64,000 bases of DNA from sequence record SRR2962707_578; one strand, 5' to 3'. Positions within the stretch are counted from its first letter, which is position 1; every line of letters begins with the position of its first letter. This document shows positions 29,267 through 39,012 of this stretch, one piece after another. Under the pieces are notes generated by a model. The model was not told where the DNA came from, did not search any database, and saw only the letters and a program-made list of their open reading frames with translations. The position numbers were made by a program, and so were the translations under genes.

Positions 29267-30058
29267 GTGTTTCTGATTGTTGCGCTGATCACACTGTTTT
29301 TGCTGCTGTGCCTGGGGCTGGGCTGGTGGATGTTGCCCGAGCGGAGACGGGTGACGGTTTCCACGCCACGGCGTCGTTGGCGTCTGCCGCGCTGCGTGCG
29401 GCGCCACGGTGTGCTGGCGGTGGTGGCGGCCGTGGTATTGGTGGTGCCGCCTTTACTGGTGGTATCACTGCGCCAGAATGTGGAGTTGAAGCCTTTTCGC
29501 AGCACCGATCTGGCGGAATCCCACTCGATGATCGCCGAACTGCTACGGGGCGAAAGGCTGGTGCCGCCACCGCCGCCGCCACCGGAGGTGTTCACCAATG
29601 CTGAAATGCGGCGGTTCCATCCGGAGGTGATCAGCGCCGACCGCCGCTGGGACAAGGTTGATGGTGCTCTGCGCCAGCGGGTATTGGCGATCTATCGGGT
29701 GATGAAGCAGCAATATGGCGTCGAGATGGTGCTGGTGGAAGGGTTTCGTGACGCCGAGCGGCAGAAAAAGCTGATGGGTAAGGGGGCCAGTCTCGCCGGG
29801 GCCTGGCGCAGCTGTCACCAGTACGGACTGGCGGTGGACAGTGCTCCGCTCAAGGACGGCATGCTGCAGTGGGATATGGAGGACCCGTGGACCCGGCGAG
29901 CGTATTTCCTTTACGGGGAGCTGGCCAAGGAGGCGGGTTTAGCCTGGGGCGGCGACTGGACCAATCTCAAGGATTACGTTCACGTGGAATCGCGTGACCG
30001 GTGTCTGGCAGCCCGGCGGGCGCGCCAGGCGCGACTTGATGCGCAAGGAGGTTCCTAG
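29267..30058 (+). CDS. tagX: Membrane-anchored M15 family peptidoglycan endopeptidase (TagX-like)
   Basis: Two N-terminal TM segments, PPPPPPPEVF, EGFR, SCHQYGLAVD and DYVHVE zinc motifs; T6SS context. Confidence 0.82.
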   Translation: MFLIVALITLFLLLCLGLGWWMLPERRRVTVSTPRRRWRLPRCVRRHGVLAVVAAVVLVVPPLLVVSLRQNVELKPFRSTDLAESHSMIAELLRGERLVPPPPPPPEVFTNAEMRRFHPEVISADRRWDKVDGALRQRVLAIYRVMKQQYGVEMVLVEGFRDAERQKKLMGKGASLAGAWRSCHQYGLAVDSAPLKDGMLQWDMEDPWTRRAYFLYGELAKEAGLAWGGDWTNLKDYVHVESRDRCLAARRARQARLDAQGGS

Positions 30059-30214
30059 CGCGTGCATCGCTCAATATCGGCTCGATTCCCGGCGTACTTC
30101 TCAACCATGTCACAACAATGCCGACGCGATTGGTTCCCCATGGTGGAACCCTGATATACTCCGACGGCTTACTGGTCCGCACCCATCCGGTGCCGACGCA
30201 AGGAAAGATTCCGT

Positions 30215-30230
30215 TCACAGGATGTGAGGA
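30215..30230 (+). promoter_or_regulatory. Putative CsrA/RsmA-binding hairpin abutting the PAAR gene ribosome-binding site
   Basis: TCACA-GGA-TGTGA perfect stem-loop running into GAGGA SD, 8 nt before ATG 30239. Confidence 0.5.
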
Positions 30231-30238
30231 TTGGCGAT

Positions 30239-31531
30239 ATGTCACGGCCGATCATAGTACTGGGTGACAAGACCGACCATGGCGGCACCGTCATCGGCGC
30301 TTCCACCACCACCGATATCGACGGCAAGGGCGTGGCCCGGGTCGGCGACAAGGTCATCTGCCCCAAGCACGGCCCTTCCCCCATCATCACCACCATCGCC
30401 ACCGGCGACCCCACCAATCTGGTCGATGGCCAGCCCGTTGCCCGTCATGGCGATAAAACCGCTTGCGGCGCGACCCTGATCTCCAGCCAGGCCGCGTCCG
30501 TGGTGGATGCCGGCGGTGGCAAAAAAGGCAGCGACCTCGGCGCGGTGGCCGCCGGCCTCGCCACAATCGTGGGCGTTTCCGCCGCGGTCATTGGGGCGCG
30601 GACCTCCCGATACGATGAGCAAATACGCTTCGTCAACGCCAAAGGCGCCCCCCTGGCCGGGGTGAACTATCGCCTGGAAATGGACGATGGCAGCGTGGTC
30701 GAAGGGGAAACCGATGACGACGGACGCAGCCGTCGTATCGAAACCGACCAGCCGAGAAAGGTGCTCAAGGCGACGCTTTCTTCCTCGCGACCCGAATGCT
30801 GCGGTGATCAACGGCACGGGCATGAGGCGTCCAGTCTGGAGGTCGAGGTGGGCAACGTCACCACCAGCGACCAGCAGGTGGGAAGCTCAGTGGTCACCGT
30901 GGCCACGCCGGAAGGTGAGTCACGAGGGCTGACCTCCGGGGAAATCGCCATGGCCTGGCAAATATTTGGTGATTCCGTTGATTATGGTCAGGTGCGTGTC
31001 CACAACGGCGAGTATCTGTGGTTCGGCTTGCAGCCGAACAATACCGCGATGACACCCAATGGGGAGATGTATTTTAATCCAGACCGGTTCCTGGAAGATT
31101 TTTCCGATCCGGCTATCGCGGAGCCGGTGGAGCAGGCCTGGTTTATCCATGAAATGACCCATGTCTGGCAGTATCAATTGGGCTATCCGGTTAAATGGAA
31201 ACGCGGGAATCCGCTGGGATGGTTCATGTCGTACGAATACAAAGCGGACCCGAATAAGAGATTGTGTGACTACAACATGGAAGAACAGGGGGACATTATA
31301 CGCGATTATTTTGCGTTGAAGTTCCTCGGAAATCGATACGTTGTTGTGCAACCAAAATATCGAATCTGGGATCATTTGCCAGTGTTGGAGAGCATGCTGG
31401 AGGATTTTCTCAAGCAACCTGGCGATGTCGGCAACTTGCCCGGGGGTGGAAAGTCTCGGCGGGACGAGAGGCGGACGCAGCGCGGTTTACAGAGAACCGA
31501 AGTCTTTGCTGATCAAGGAGACAAGGAATGA
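30239..31531 (+). CDS. PAAR-domain T6SS effector with transthyretin-like linker and C-terminal HEXXH zinc metallopeptidase
   Basis: LGDKTDHGG...VARVGD..CPKHG...PVARHGDKTACGA PAAR; YDEQIRF...GETDDDGRS TTR-like segment; RGLTSGEIA...AMTPNG...WFIHEMTHVWQ. Confidence 0.88.
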   Translation: MSRPIIVLGDKTDHGGTVIGASTTTDIDGKGVARVGDKVICPKHGPSPIITTIATGDPTNLVDGQPVARHGDKTACGATLISSQAASVVDAGGGKKGSDLGAVAAGLATIVGVSAAVIGARTSRYDEQIRFVNAKGAPLAGVNYRLEMDDGSVVEGETDDDGRSRRIETDQPRKVLKATLSSSRPECCGDQRHGHEASSLEVEVGNVTTSDQQVGSSVVTVATPEGESRGLTSGEIAMAWQIFGDSVDYGQVRVHNGEYLWFGLQPNNTAMTPNGEMYFNPDRFLEDFSDPAIAEPVEQAWFIHEMTHVWQYQLGYPVKWKRGNPLGWFMSYEYKADPNKRLCDYNMEEQGDIIRDYFALKFLGNRYVVVQPKYRIWDHLPVLESMLEDFLKQPGDVGNLPGGGKSRRDERRTQRGLQRTEVFADQGDKE

Positions 31532-32007
31532 AACAGGTCGTTATCGTGATCATTGCCTTGATCGTTTCCAGTTGTTATAGCATTTTCGGGCACCCCTCCA
31601 TGGGGAGGGCGTATACGATTGAGAAGGATGGCGTTCCCTGTTTTGCTCTCGCGGATCCCGATTGGAAGGATTGGGAGGCCGGATATATTCGTTTAACTGA
31701 AAAAGGGGAAAGCCCTAAGGTCATTTGGGAGGTGGGTATAGACCCCCCTCGTCCGGTCATCAACAAAAAAGACTGTGTCGCTTTGGGGCAAACCTTTGAG
31801 AACAGTGAAGTCCTCGTACCCTTGTCTTCCGAGGGCATGCTGAAAGCCGGTCGCGTCTACGGCATCAGCATGAATACTTCTCCTGTTGGTGACGACAGGG
31901 CCGGTCGGGCGTACTCCGGCCACTTTTGCTTGTCCGAATCCCCCTCCGGAGGCTGGGTGGTTCACGATTTGGGGGTGAAGCCCGATGCCTGCCCCGTTGC
32001 ACAGTAA
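31528..32007 (+). CDS. Lipoprotein, putative cognate immunity protein of the PAAR metallopeptidase
   Basis: MKQ + hydrophobic stretch + lipobox-like VSSC; ATGA-coupled to the effector; visibly lower GC. Confidence 0.72.
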   Translation: MKQVVIVIIALIVSSCYSIFGHPSMGRAYTIEKDGVPCFALADPDWKDWEAGYIRLTEKGESPKVIWEVGIDPPRPVINKKDCVALGQTFENSEVLVPLSSEGMLKAGRVYGISMNTSPVGDDRAGRAYSGHFCLSESPSGGWVVHDLGVKPDACPVAQ

Positions 32008-32040
32008 ATATGAACAGCGAAAACATTTCAGGAAGAAAGG

Positions 32041-33459
32041 GTGACTTTGGGTAAGACACTGAAGGGAATCTTGCTGGTCATTGTTGTCTTCGCCCTGTTC
32101 TGGGCCGGGACGATTCTTTTCTGGCGCCTCGGAAACACCGACCCCGGCTTGGGAGAATCCGTGGGTTGGCTTGTGCTTGCTCCGCTCGTGGTGCTGGTGT
32201 CGGTATGGAGTCTGATGCGATGGCGGCGTAACCGCCAGGCCGCCGCCAATGACCTGCCGAATACGTCGGCGCAGGCCCCGGAAATGACGGATGTTGAACC
32301 GGCACGGCTTAATTTGCTCGCCGCGGCGCTGCGCTTGCCAGCGGGAGAGACACCGGGGGAAGCGCTGCAAGGCCTGATGAAGCCTCAGACGCCAAAGCTT
32401 CACGACACCTTGTGTGATGCCCGGGGATTACCGTTATTCGCCGCTCCAGTACCACCGTTGACCGCCACGGCGCTGGACGCCGTGACATTGGAATTGAATC
32501 GACTGGCGGGCATGACCATGCCGGTGGAGGAGTCCATCCGTCGCGGACTGGCCTTACTGCTGCCCGTATTTGATGAATTACTGATGGAATTGGCCGCCGC
32601 CCTTCCCGACGAGGGGCCCACGGATGAACGGGTCATTGCCGGCCTGCTGCACCGCTCGTCGCCAACGCGGCCCGCACCGGTAATGGTGCGGGTAATGTTG
32701 CCCGCATCCGCTTCTCCCTCGCTGTTCCCGCTGTGCGAGAAGATGATGCGAGGCCGGGTGGAGGACCTGGGTTTGGCGACCGGCCTGAGCTGGCACTTTC
32801 AGTTTGACGACGCCAATGGCGGCACCGCCTTCTGGTCGCGGTTGGCCCGGTCGGATGAAGGGGAACAGTGGCAATTGTGGCTGGCGGCGGCCTCGTTGAT
32901 CAGCCCGGAGCGTCTGCAGTCGCTGCAGAGGCAGGGCATCCTGATGAGCAGCCGTACTCCGGAGGGAGTGATCCCGGGAGAAGGCGCCGCCGGTGTGTTG
33001 CTGGGGCCGACGGAAAAAGATGCCGAAGCGGTATCTTGCCGAGGCCCCTACGAAGTGACTACCAGGGAAATGGACAATCCGCAGGCCCGGGCACGGAAGA
33101 TGGCGAAAACATTGCGCCCGGGGCAAGCGACGGACCAGCCGCTCCCGGATCTGTTGATCAGCAATGCGGATTATCGTTCCGGCTCTTTCGAAGAGGCCGC
33201 GTTGTTGGCGCTGAGCTTGAATCCGGACCTGGACGCCAGCCGCCAGGTGCTGGCGCTGGGGCGTGCCGGAGCGCTGGATAACGCCACGCCGATGGCCATG
33301 GTGGCTTTGGCGTGGCAGGCGTTACGCGACGGTCATGAAACCGTCGCAATATTGTTCGTGGATGAACAACAAGGTCGGCGGGTGGCTGAATTCACCGCCT
33401 CGCCTTTGCAACAGAATCAAACCCAGCCGTCTCCGACGGCTGCCGCGGAATCGGAGTAA
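32041..33459 (+). CDS. Two-TM membrane protein with degenerate ketoacyl-synthase/thiolase-like domain (TsmK/AsaB-like)
   Basis: Two N-terminal TM helices, GVIPGEGAAGVLL motif, located immediately upstream of tssM. Confidence 0.6.
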   Translation: MTLGKTLKGILLVIVVFALFWAGTILFWRLGNTDPGLGESVGWLVLAPLVVLVSVWSLMRWRRNRQAAANDLPNTSAQAPEMTDVEPARLNLLAAALRLPAGETPGEALQGLMKPQTPKLHDTLCDARGLPLFAAPVPPLTATALDAVTLELNRLAGMTMPVEESIRRGLALLLPVFDELLMELAAALPDEGPTDERVIAGLLHRSSPTRPAPVMVRVMLPASASPSLFPLCEKMMRGRVEDLGLATGLSWHFQFDDANGGTAFWSRLARSDEGEQWQLWLAAASLISPERLQSLQRQGILMSSRTPEGVIPGEGAAGVLLGPTEKDAEAVSCRGPYEVTTREMDNPQARARKMAKTLRPGQATDQPLPDLLISNADYRSGSFEEAALLALSLNPDLDASRQVLALGRAGALDNATPMAMVALAWQALRDGHETVAILFVDEQQGRRVAEFTASPLQQNQTQPSPTAAAESE

Positions 33460-33467
33460 GGACACTT

Positions 33468-36400
33468 ATGTCGGGCATGAGAAAGGGGCTTGCCAGCCTG
33501 GGCGCCTGGTTGATCAATTACCGATTGTGGGCGGTCGTGGCACTGGTGACCGGGATCTTCCTGTTATGGCGAGGCGGAGATCCGGGCAGCCAGATCGGCT
33601 TCGCGTTGCTGATTCTGGCGTTGGCGCTCGGACTGTTCGCCCTGATCAGTTGGGGAATACGGCGTTGGCGTGAGCGGCGGGCCACCCGGGATATCGACGG
33701 TTTGATGAACGAGCAGGCCGAGCGGGCAACACGCAATGCCAAGGCCGAGGATCGCGGCGATATCGAGGAGGTACGCGGCCGCATGCAGGAAGCGGTCAAG
33801 GCGATCAAATCGTCGCGCCTGGGTGTTCTCAAAGGCAAGGCGGCGCTTTATGAGCTGCCGTGGCATGTGATCATCGGCAATCCGGCGGCGGGGAAAAGCT
33901 CCGCCATTCTTAATTCCGGACTCAAGTTTCCCTTTGAGGACAACCGCAACAGTGTGGTGCAGGGGATTGGCGGCACCCGCAATTGCGACTGGTACTTCAC
34001 CGCCGAAGGCATCGTACTGGATACCGCCGGACGTTACTCCGTCGGCGGCGAGGACCGTGGTGAGTGGCTCTCCTTTCTCGACTTGCTGAAAAAACACCGC
34101 CCGCGCGCGCCGATCAACGGCATTATCATCGCCGCCAGTATCGCCGAATTGTCCGGTAACCGTCCGGAGTTCGCCATCGAGCTGGCCCGTAATCTGCGCC
34201 AGCGGGTGCAGGAGGTGACCGAACGACTGGAAGTGTTCGCGCCGGTATACGTGGTCTTCACCAAGGCTGATTTGATCGCCGGTTTCATGTCGTTCTTCAG
34301 CGGCCTGGATCCGTCCGAACGGGAGAAAGTATGGGGCGCCACCTTGCCCTATGACCCCCAGGCCCAGGTGGACGAACTGTCGATCTTCGACCAGCATTTC
34401 GACGAGCTGGCGGAAGGCCTCAAGGAAATGGGGCTATCTCACATGGCGATGCAACGGGGCAGGGAGGTGGCGCCGGGTTTGCTGACCTTGCCGTTGGAAT
34501 TCGTCAGCCTTAAGCCGGTATTGCGTACCTTTATCGCCAGTCTGTTCGAGGACAATCCGTACCAGTTCAAACCGGTGTTCCGTGGCTTCTACTTCACCAG
34601 TGCGCTGCACGAAGGGGAAACGGTACTGCATGCCTCCGAGCGGATCGCCGACGAATTTTCCCTGGCTCCGCGGCAGGACAAGGACGAACCGGTGAACGGC
34701 AATCCGGATCAGGCTCATTTTCTCAAGGACCTGTTCCGCAAAGTGATTTTCGCCGACAAGGAACTGGTGCGCCAATACTCCAGCCCCTACCGGACCCGCA
34801 TGCGCTATGGCGCTTTTCTGGCCGGTGCCTTGGTGGTAGCGGCTCTGCTGGGCACCTGGGCGTGGTCCTACACCACCAACCGGCAATTGGTGGCAAACGC
34901 CTCCCGAGACTTGCAGCAGGCGGTTCAGATCCAGGAAGGGCGGCTCGATCTGCAATCCCGTATTGATGCCTTGCTACTGCTTCAGGACCGTTTGGAACAG
35001 TTGCGCCAGTACCGCCGTGACGGCGGCATCACCACTACCATGGGGCTTTATCAGGGCGACAATATCGAAGCCGCGTTGTGGCGGGAGTACTTCGCCGGCA
35101 TGGATCAGGTGATGGTACGGCCGACCCGTGCCCGGCTGGAGGAATACCTGGGCAAGGTGGTGGCGAACGCGGACCAGTTGTCCATGGAAGAAAGCAGAGA
35201 GGAGCCGCGCACGGCCTTGTACGTGCCGCCCTCGCCCAAAGATCCGGCCGAGGCCTATAACGCGCTCAAAGCCTATCTTATGCTCGGCGATCACGGGCGG
35301 GTGGAACAAACCCACCTGGCCAACCAACTGACCCGTTATTGGCGCGGTTGGCTCGATGCCAACCGCGGCCAGATGAGTCATGAGGAGGTGGCGCGGGCAG
35401 CGGAAAAGCTGATGACGTTTTATGTCGCCAGTGCCGGCAAGCCGGGGTGGCCGGAAATCGACACCCGGGTTTCTCTGGTCAACGATACCCGTCAGGCATT
35501 GCGTGGCGTGATGCAAGGGCAGCCGGCGATGGAGCGCGTGTTTGCCCAGATCAAAGCCCGCGCCGCGGCGCGTTTCGCCACCATCACGGTAAATTCGCTG
35601 CTGGCCGGTGCCAGCGGGCAGAACCTGCTGAACGGAAGTTATGCCATTTCCGGGGCGTTCTCCCGGGAGGCCTGGCAGGATTACATCAAGGATGCCATCC
35701 ACGAAGCCGCCAATACCCAGTTGAACACCACGGATTGGGTGCTCGATACCACCGAGCAGAGCGACCTGTCGCTGGCCGGCAGCCCGGAACACATCGCCCG
35801 CCAGCTCACCGCGCTCTATAAGCAGGAGTATGCCGCTGAATGGCAGCGCTTCCTGCGTGGTGTCAGCGTGGCCGGCTTCTCGTCCGGTTTTGATGACGCC
35901 ACCAGCGCCATGAACCGGCTTGGCAACAGCGAAAATTCTCCGCTGAGGGCTCTGCTGCGGGCCGTTCATGAGCAAACCGTCTGGGATAACCCAAGGGCGC
36001 TGTACGCCAGGGTCAGCGAGCGGTCGGAGCAGAACAGCGGTATCGTCAACTGGTTCAAGCGCGTGATCCTGCGCCGGGCTCCGGCGGGTATGTCCGGAAT
36101 GTCCTTCGAAATCGATGAGAAAACCGGCAAAGCCATGCTGCCGCCGCTGGGGCCGGTGGGCAAGGCTTTCGAAGGGTTCGCTCAGTTGATGGAGAAACAG
36201 AGCGGGCAGCCGCCGGCCATCGATGCTTACTTCGAGGCTCTGGCGGCAACGCGGTCCCGTCTGAACGACATCAAAATGGCGGAGGTGCCGGGCCCCGGCG
36301 CCCGTGCTCTGATGCAGGAAACGTTGAGTAATCAAGGCTCGGAACTGAGCTCAGCCTTGCGGCTGGTTGACGAGCAGTTGCTCACCGGGCTTGGCGCGGA

Positions 36401-37220
36401 AGAGAAGCAGGCGCTCAGGCCATTGTTGTTGCAACCGCTGACGCAGACCTTCGCCGCGCTGGTGCCGGCGGCCGAGAACGAAATCAACCGGACCTGGCAG
36501 GCTCAGGTATACCAACCGTTTGACCAAGGCATCGGCCAGCAATTTCCGTTTGACTTGAGTGCTGACGAAGATGCGCCGAAAACCGAGGTGGCGGCGATCT
36601 TCGGGCCATCCGGTGCCATCGCCGCCTTCAATAAGGATGCGTTGGGAAGCTTGGTGATCCAGCGCGGCAACGTTTTGACACCGCGTCGCTGGGCCGGAAT
36701 GGGAATCCGCTTGTCCCCCGAACTGGTCAGTGGCTATGGCGATTGGGTGAGTGGCCAGAGCGGTGGTGCCGGTGAAGCCGATGTCACCATCTTCCAGATC
36801 CTGCCTGCGCCGGCCATCGGCGCGGTGGAGTACGTTCTTGAAATCGATGGCCAGTCATTGCGTTATCGCAATACGCCGCCGCAATGGGAAACCATGCAAT
36901 GGCCCAATCGCGGCGCTACTCCGGGCGCCAGGCTGGTGGCCACCACCAGTGATGGGCGCCAGGTGCAACTGGCCGACTTCCCCGGAGAAAACGGCTTCGC
37001 GCAGCTGATGGACGCCGCCAGTCTGGAAAGCCGGCCCGACAGCAGCACGGTGACCTGGAGCAAGGGCACGGTATCCATTTCCATGGAAATGCGCACCGTG
37101 CGCCGGGCTGGCTCCGGCAGCGACAGTGACAGCTGGCAGCGAGGTTTGAAACTGCCTCGCATCGTTGCCGGAGAAGGAGCAGGCGAGCAGCTTGTCAGCC
37201 AGGGAGGCGAGAATGAGTGA
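33468..37220 (+). CDS. tssM: T6SS membrane complex protein TssM (IcmF)
   Basis: LYELPWHVIIGNPAAGKSS, GTRNCDWYF, LDTAGRY, PINGII, PVYVVFTKADL, RGFYFTSA. Confidence 0.96.
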   Translation: MSGMRKGLASLGAWLINYRLWAVVALVTGIFLLWRGGDPGSQIGFALLILALALGLFALISWGIRRWRERRATRDIDGLMNEQAERATRNAKAEDRGDIEEVRGRMQEAVKAIKSSRLGVLKGKAALYELPWHVIIGNPAAGKSSAILNSGLKFPFEDNRNSVVQGIGGTRNCDWYFTAEGIVLDTAGRYSVGGEDRGEWLSFLDLLKKHRPRAPINGIIIAASIAELSGNRPEFAIELARNLRQRVQEVTERLEVFAPVYVVFTKADLIAGFMSFFSGLDPSEREKVWGATLPYDPQAQVDELSIFDQHFDELAEGLKEMGLSHMAMQRGREVAPGLLTLPLEFVSLKPVLRTFIASLFEDNPYQFKPVFRGFYFTSALHEGETVLHASERIADEFSLAPRQDKDEPVNGNPDQAHFLKDLFRKVIFADKELVRQYSSPYRTRMRYGAFLAGALVVAALLGTWAWSYTTNRQLVANASRDLQQAVQIQEGRLDLQSRIDALLLLQDRLEQLRQYRRDGGITTTMGLYQGDNIEAALWREYFAGMDQVMVRPTRARLEEYLGKVVANADQLSMEESREEPRTALYVPPSPKDPAEAYNALKAYLMLGDHGRVEQTHLANQLTRYWRGWLDANRGQMSHEEVARAAEKLMTFYVASAGKPGWPEIDTRVSLVNDTRQALRGVMQGQPAMERVFAQIKARAAARFATITVNSLLAGASGQNLLNGSYAISGAFSREAWQDYIKDAIHEAANTQLNTTDWVLDTTEQSDLSLAGSPEHIARQLTALYKQEYAAEWQRFLRGVSVAGFSSGFDDATSAMNRLGNSENSPLRALLRAVHEQTVWDNPRALYARVSERSEQNSGIVNWFKRVILRRAPAGMSGMSFEIDEKTGKAMLPPLGPVGKAFEGFAQLMEKQSGQPPAIDAYFEALAATRSRLNDIKMAEVPGPGARALMQETLSNQGSELSSALRLVDEQLLTGLGAEEKQALRPLLLQPLTQTFAALVPAAENEINRTWQAQVYQPFDQGIGQQFPFDLSADEDAPKTEVAAIFGPSGAIAAFNKDALGSLVIQRGNVLTPRRWAGMGIRLSPELVSGYGDWVSGQSGGAGEADVTIFQILPAPAIGAVEYVLEIDGQSLRYRNTPPQWETMQWPNRGATPGARLVATTSDGRQVQLADFPGENGFAQLMDAASLESRPDSSTVTWSKGTVSISMEMRTVRRAGSGSDSDSWQRGLKLPRIVAGEGAGEQLVSQGGENE

Positions 37221-38211
37221 TACGGCGGAAACGCAAACCGTACAGGCGGGATACTTCGGCAAGCTGCCTTCCCGGGGGGATTTTGTGCGCAGCAGCGATC
37301 AACATCGTCTGATGTCGCTATTGGACCGCTGGGCCGCCGGCAGCCTGGACCAGTTCAGCCACAACCCGGACTGGAAAACGTTATACGACCAGGCACCATG
37401 GCTGCACTTCGCCTTTCTCGGATCACGCAGCCAACTGGCGATCGCCGGCCACATGCTGCCAAGCAGTGACGCTTCCCAGAGACGCTACCCCTTCCTTTCC
37501 GCGCTGCGCTTGCAGGTGGCGGATACCGCCGGCTTCATTGCCCGCAGCCCGCTGGCACTGTTCCCTGTCTGGAGGGAACTGGCGAAGGAGTCGAGCCGCG
37601 CGGTGCATAGCATGGACGCGGCCGCGGAGCTGGCCGAATTGGGGCAGCGGGATTTCGCGGTGGAGATTCAGCCACAGGTGTTTGAGGGCCGTTTTCAACA
37701 GTTATTGGAGCAGGAAACACTGGCTGGACTGGAGCAGAGCATGCGCCGGGCCGGGCACCCGGCGGTGGCGCTTAAACGGAGTCTGCCGGCTCTGGGGCTG
37801 TTGTTGCAGCCGTTGATGAGCCAGCAACAGGTGAGCATAGACAAAGGTCTGATCCTGCCGCTGCCCGCGGAGGCGGAAGCGCAGGCGCTGACCGCCACCT
37901 GGTGGCTGGACATGCTCACCGGCTTTGTGCGCCGTGGCGATTTCGAGCTGGCGGTGTTGATTCGCGGTGGTGAGGTGCCGGCGCTGATCGTCGGCTTTAA
38001 TGGGGCTGATCATCAGATACTGCGTTCGGTATGGGATCCGAGCGTGGCGGAATCCCATTTGATCGCCGTGCAGGATGCCGATTGGGTAGAGGATTATATG
38101 GCTATGAATGTCAGCTTGAACCGGCTCGCCAGCTACATTGACCGTGGCGATCTGTCCCTGGCCAGCGCCCGGCGCTTTTTCATGGAAACCTTTCTCGGGG
38201 GTGGTGTATGA
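37213..38211 (+). CDS. tagF: T6SS-associated protein TagF
   Basis: GYFGKLPSRGDFVR, SSDASQRRYPF; follows tssM. Confidence 0.92.
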   Translation: MSDTAETQTVQAGYFGKLPSRGDFVRSSDQHRLMSLLDRWAAGSLDQFSHNPDWKTLYDQAPWLHFAFLGSRSQLAIAGHMLPSSDASQRRYPFLSALRLQVADTAGFIARSPLALFPVWRELAKESSRAVHSMDAAAELAELGQRDFAVEIQPQVFEGRFQQLLEQETLAGLEQSMRRAGHPAVALKRSLPALGLLLQPLMSQQQVSIDKGLILPLPAEAEAQALTATWWLDMLTGFVRRGDFELAVLIRGGEVPALIVGFNGADHQILRSVWDPSVAESHLIAVQDADWVEDYMAMNVSLNRLASYIDRGDLSLASARRFFMETFLGGGV

Positions 38212-38993
38212 CCTGGCGCAAAGGCGTATTGATGCTACTGTGCGGCGGCTTGATGCAAGCGTCGTTCGCGCAGGAAACGGAAGCGGCCGCGGAGAAGCCC
38301 CCGTTGCCACCAGTGGTGGCCAAGGGCGTGGTGCCGGATCAGGCCACCCGGGCGGCGGTATTGGAACGTCTGCACGAGATTTACGGCGCCGAAAGGGTGG
38401 TGGACCGAATCCAGGTGGAAGCGGTGCCCGCCCCGCCCAACTGGGGCCAGTACGTGGCCAATATGTTGTCGCCGGAACTTAAATCAATCCGTGGCGGCGA
38501 GATCAGCATCGAAGGCCAGAGCGTCCGCATCACCGGTGAAGTGGATAACGAAGCTCAGCGCCAGAGCGTGGCCAGTGCCTTGAGTATGGCAAGCAGCCGG
38601 GATTACACGGTGACCAACAGTTTGCGTCTCGGAGAGTCACGTCAACAGCGCCTGGACGATACTCTGGCGGATCGTTTGATTCGGTTTCAGAGCGGTAGTG
38701 ACCAACTGACCGTGGACGGGCAGCGCATCCTTGATGAGATGGCCGAGGTGATGCGCGACATGGGCGATGCCCACGTCCAGATCATTGGCCATACGGATAA
38801 TGTGGGGCGCCGTCAGAACAATGTGGCGTTGAGTTACGCCAGGGCCGATGCGGTGCGCCGCTACCTGATTGAGCAGGGCGTGCGGGAAGATAGTCTGGGG
38901 GTGGTCGGCAAGGGGCCGGATGAGCCGGTGGCGGACAACGCCACCCCCGAAGGACGGGCACGCAACCGGCGCATCGAGTTCCGTATTCTCTGA
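38208..38993 (+). CDS. tagN: OmpA-domain peptidoglycan-binding T6SS accessory (TagN-like)
   Basis: Signal peptide, GHTDNVG...N.ALSYARA, GRARNRRIEF. Confidence 0.82.
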   Translation: MTWRKGVLMLLCGGLMQASFAQETEAAAEKPPLPPVVAKGVVPDQATRAAVLERLHEIYGAERVVDRIQVEAVPAPPNWGQYVANMLSPELKSIRGGEISIEGQSVRITGEVDNEAQRQSVASALSMASSRDYTVTNSLRLGESRQQRLDDTLADRLIRFQSGSDQLTVDGQRILDEMAEVMRDMGDAHVQIIGHTDNVGRRQNNVALSYARADAVRRYLIEQGVREDSLGVVGKGPDEPVADNATPEGRARNRRIEFRIL

Positions 38994-39012
38994 CGGCGCC
39001 CGGAGAGCGGGC

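Noticed and set aside
29564-29585. CCG/CCA repeat run
   Set aside because: Encodes the poly-proline stretch of the TagX-like protein; not a DNA repeat element.
34974-36335. 453-aa ORF on the - strand
   Set aside because: Antisense to tssM; no motifs.
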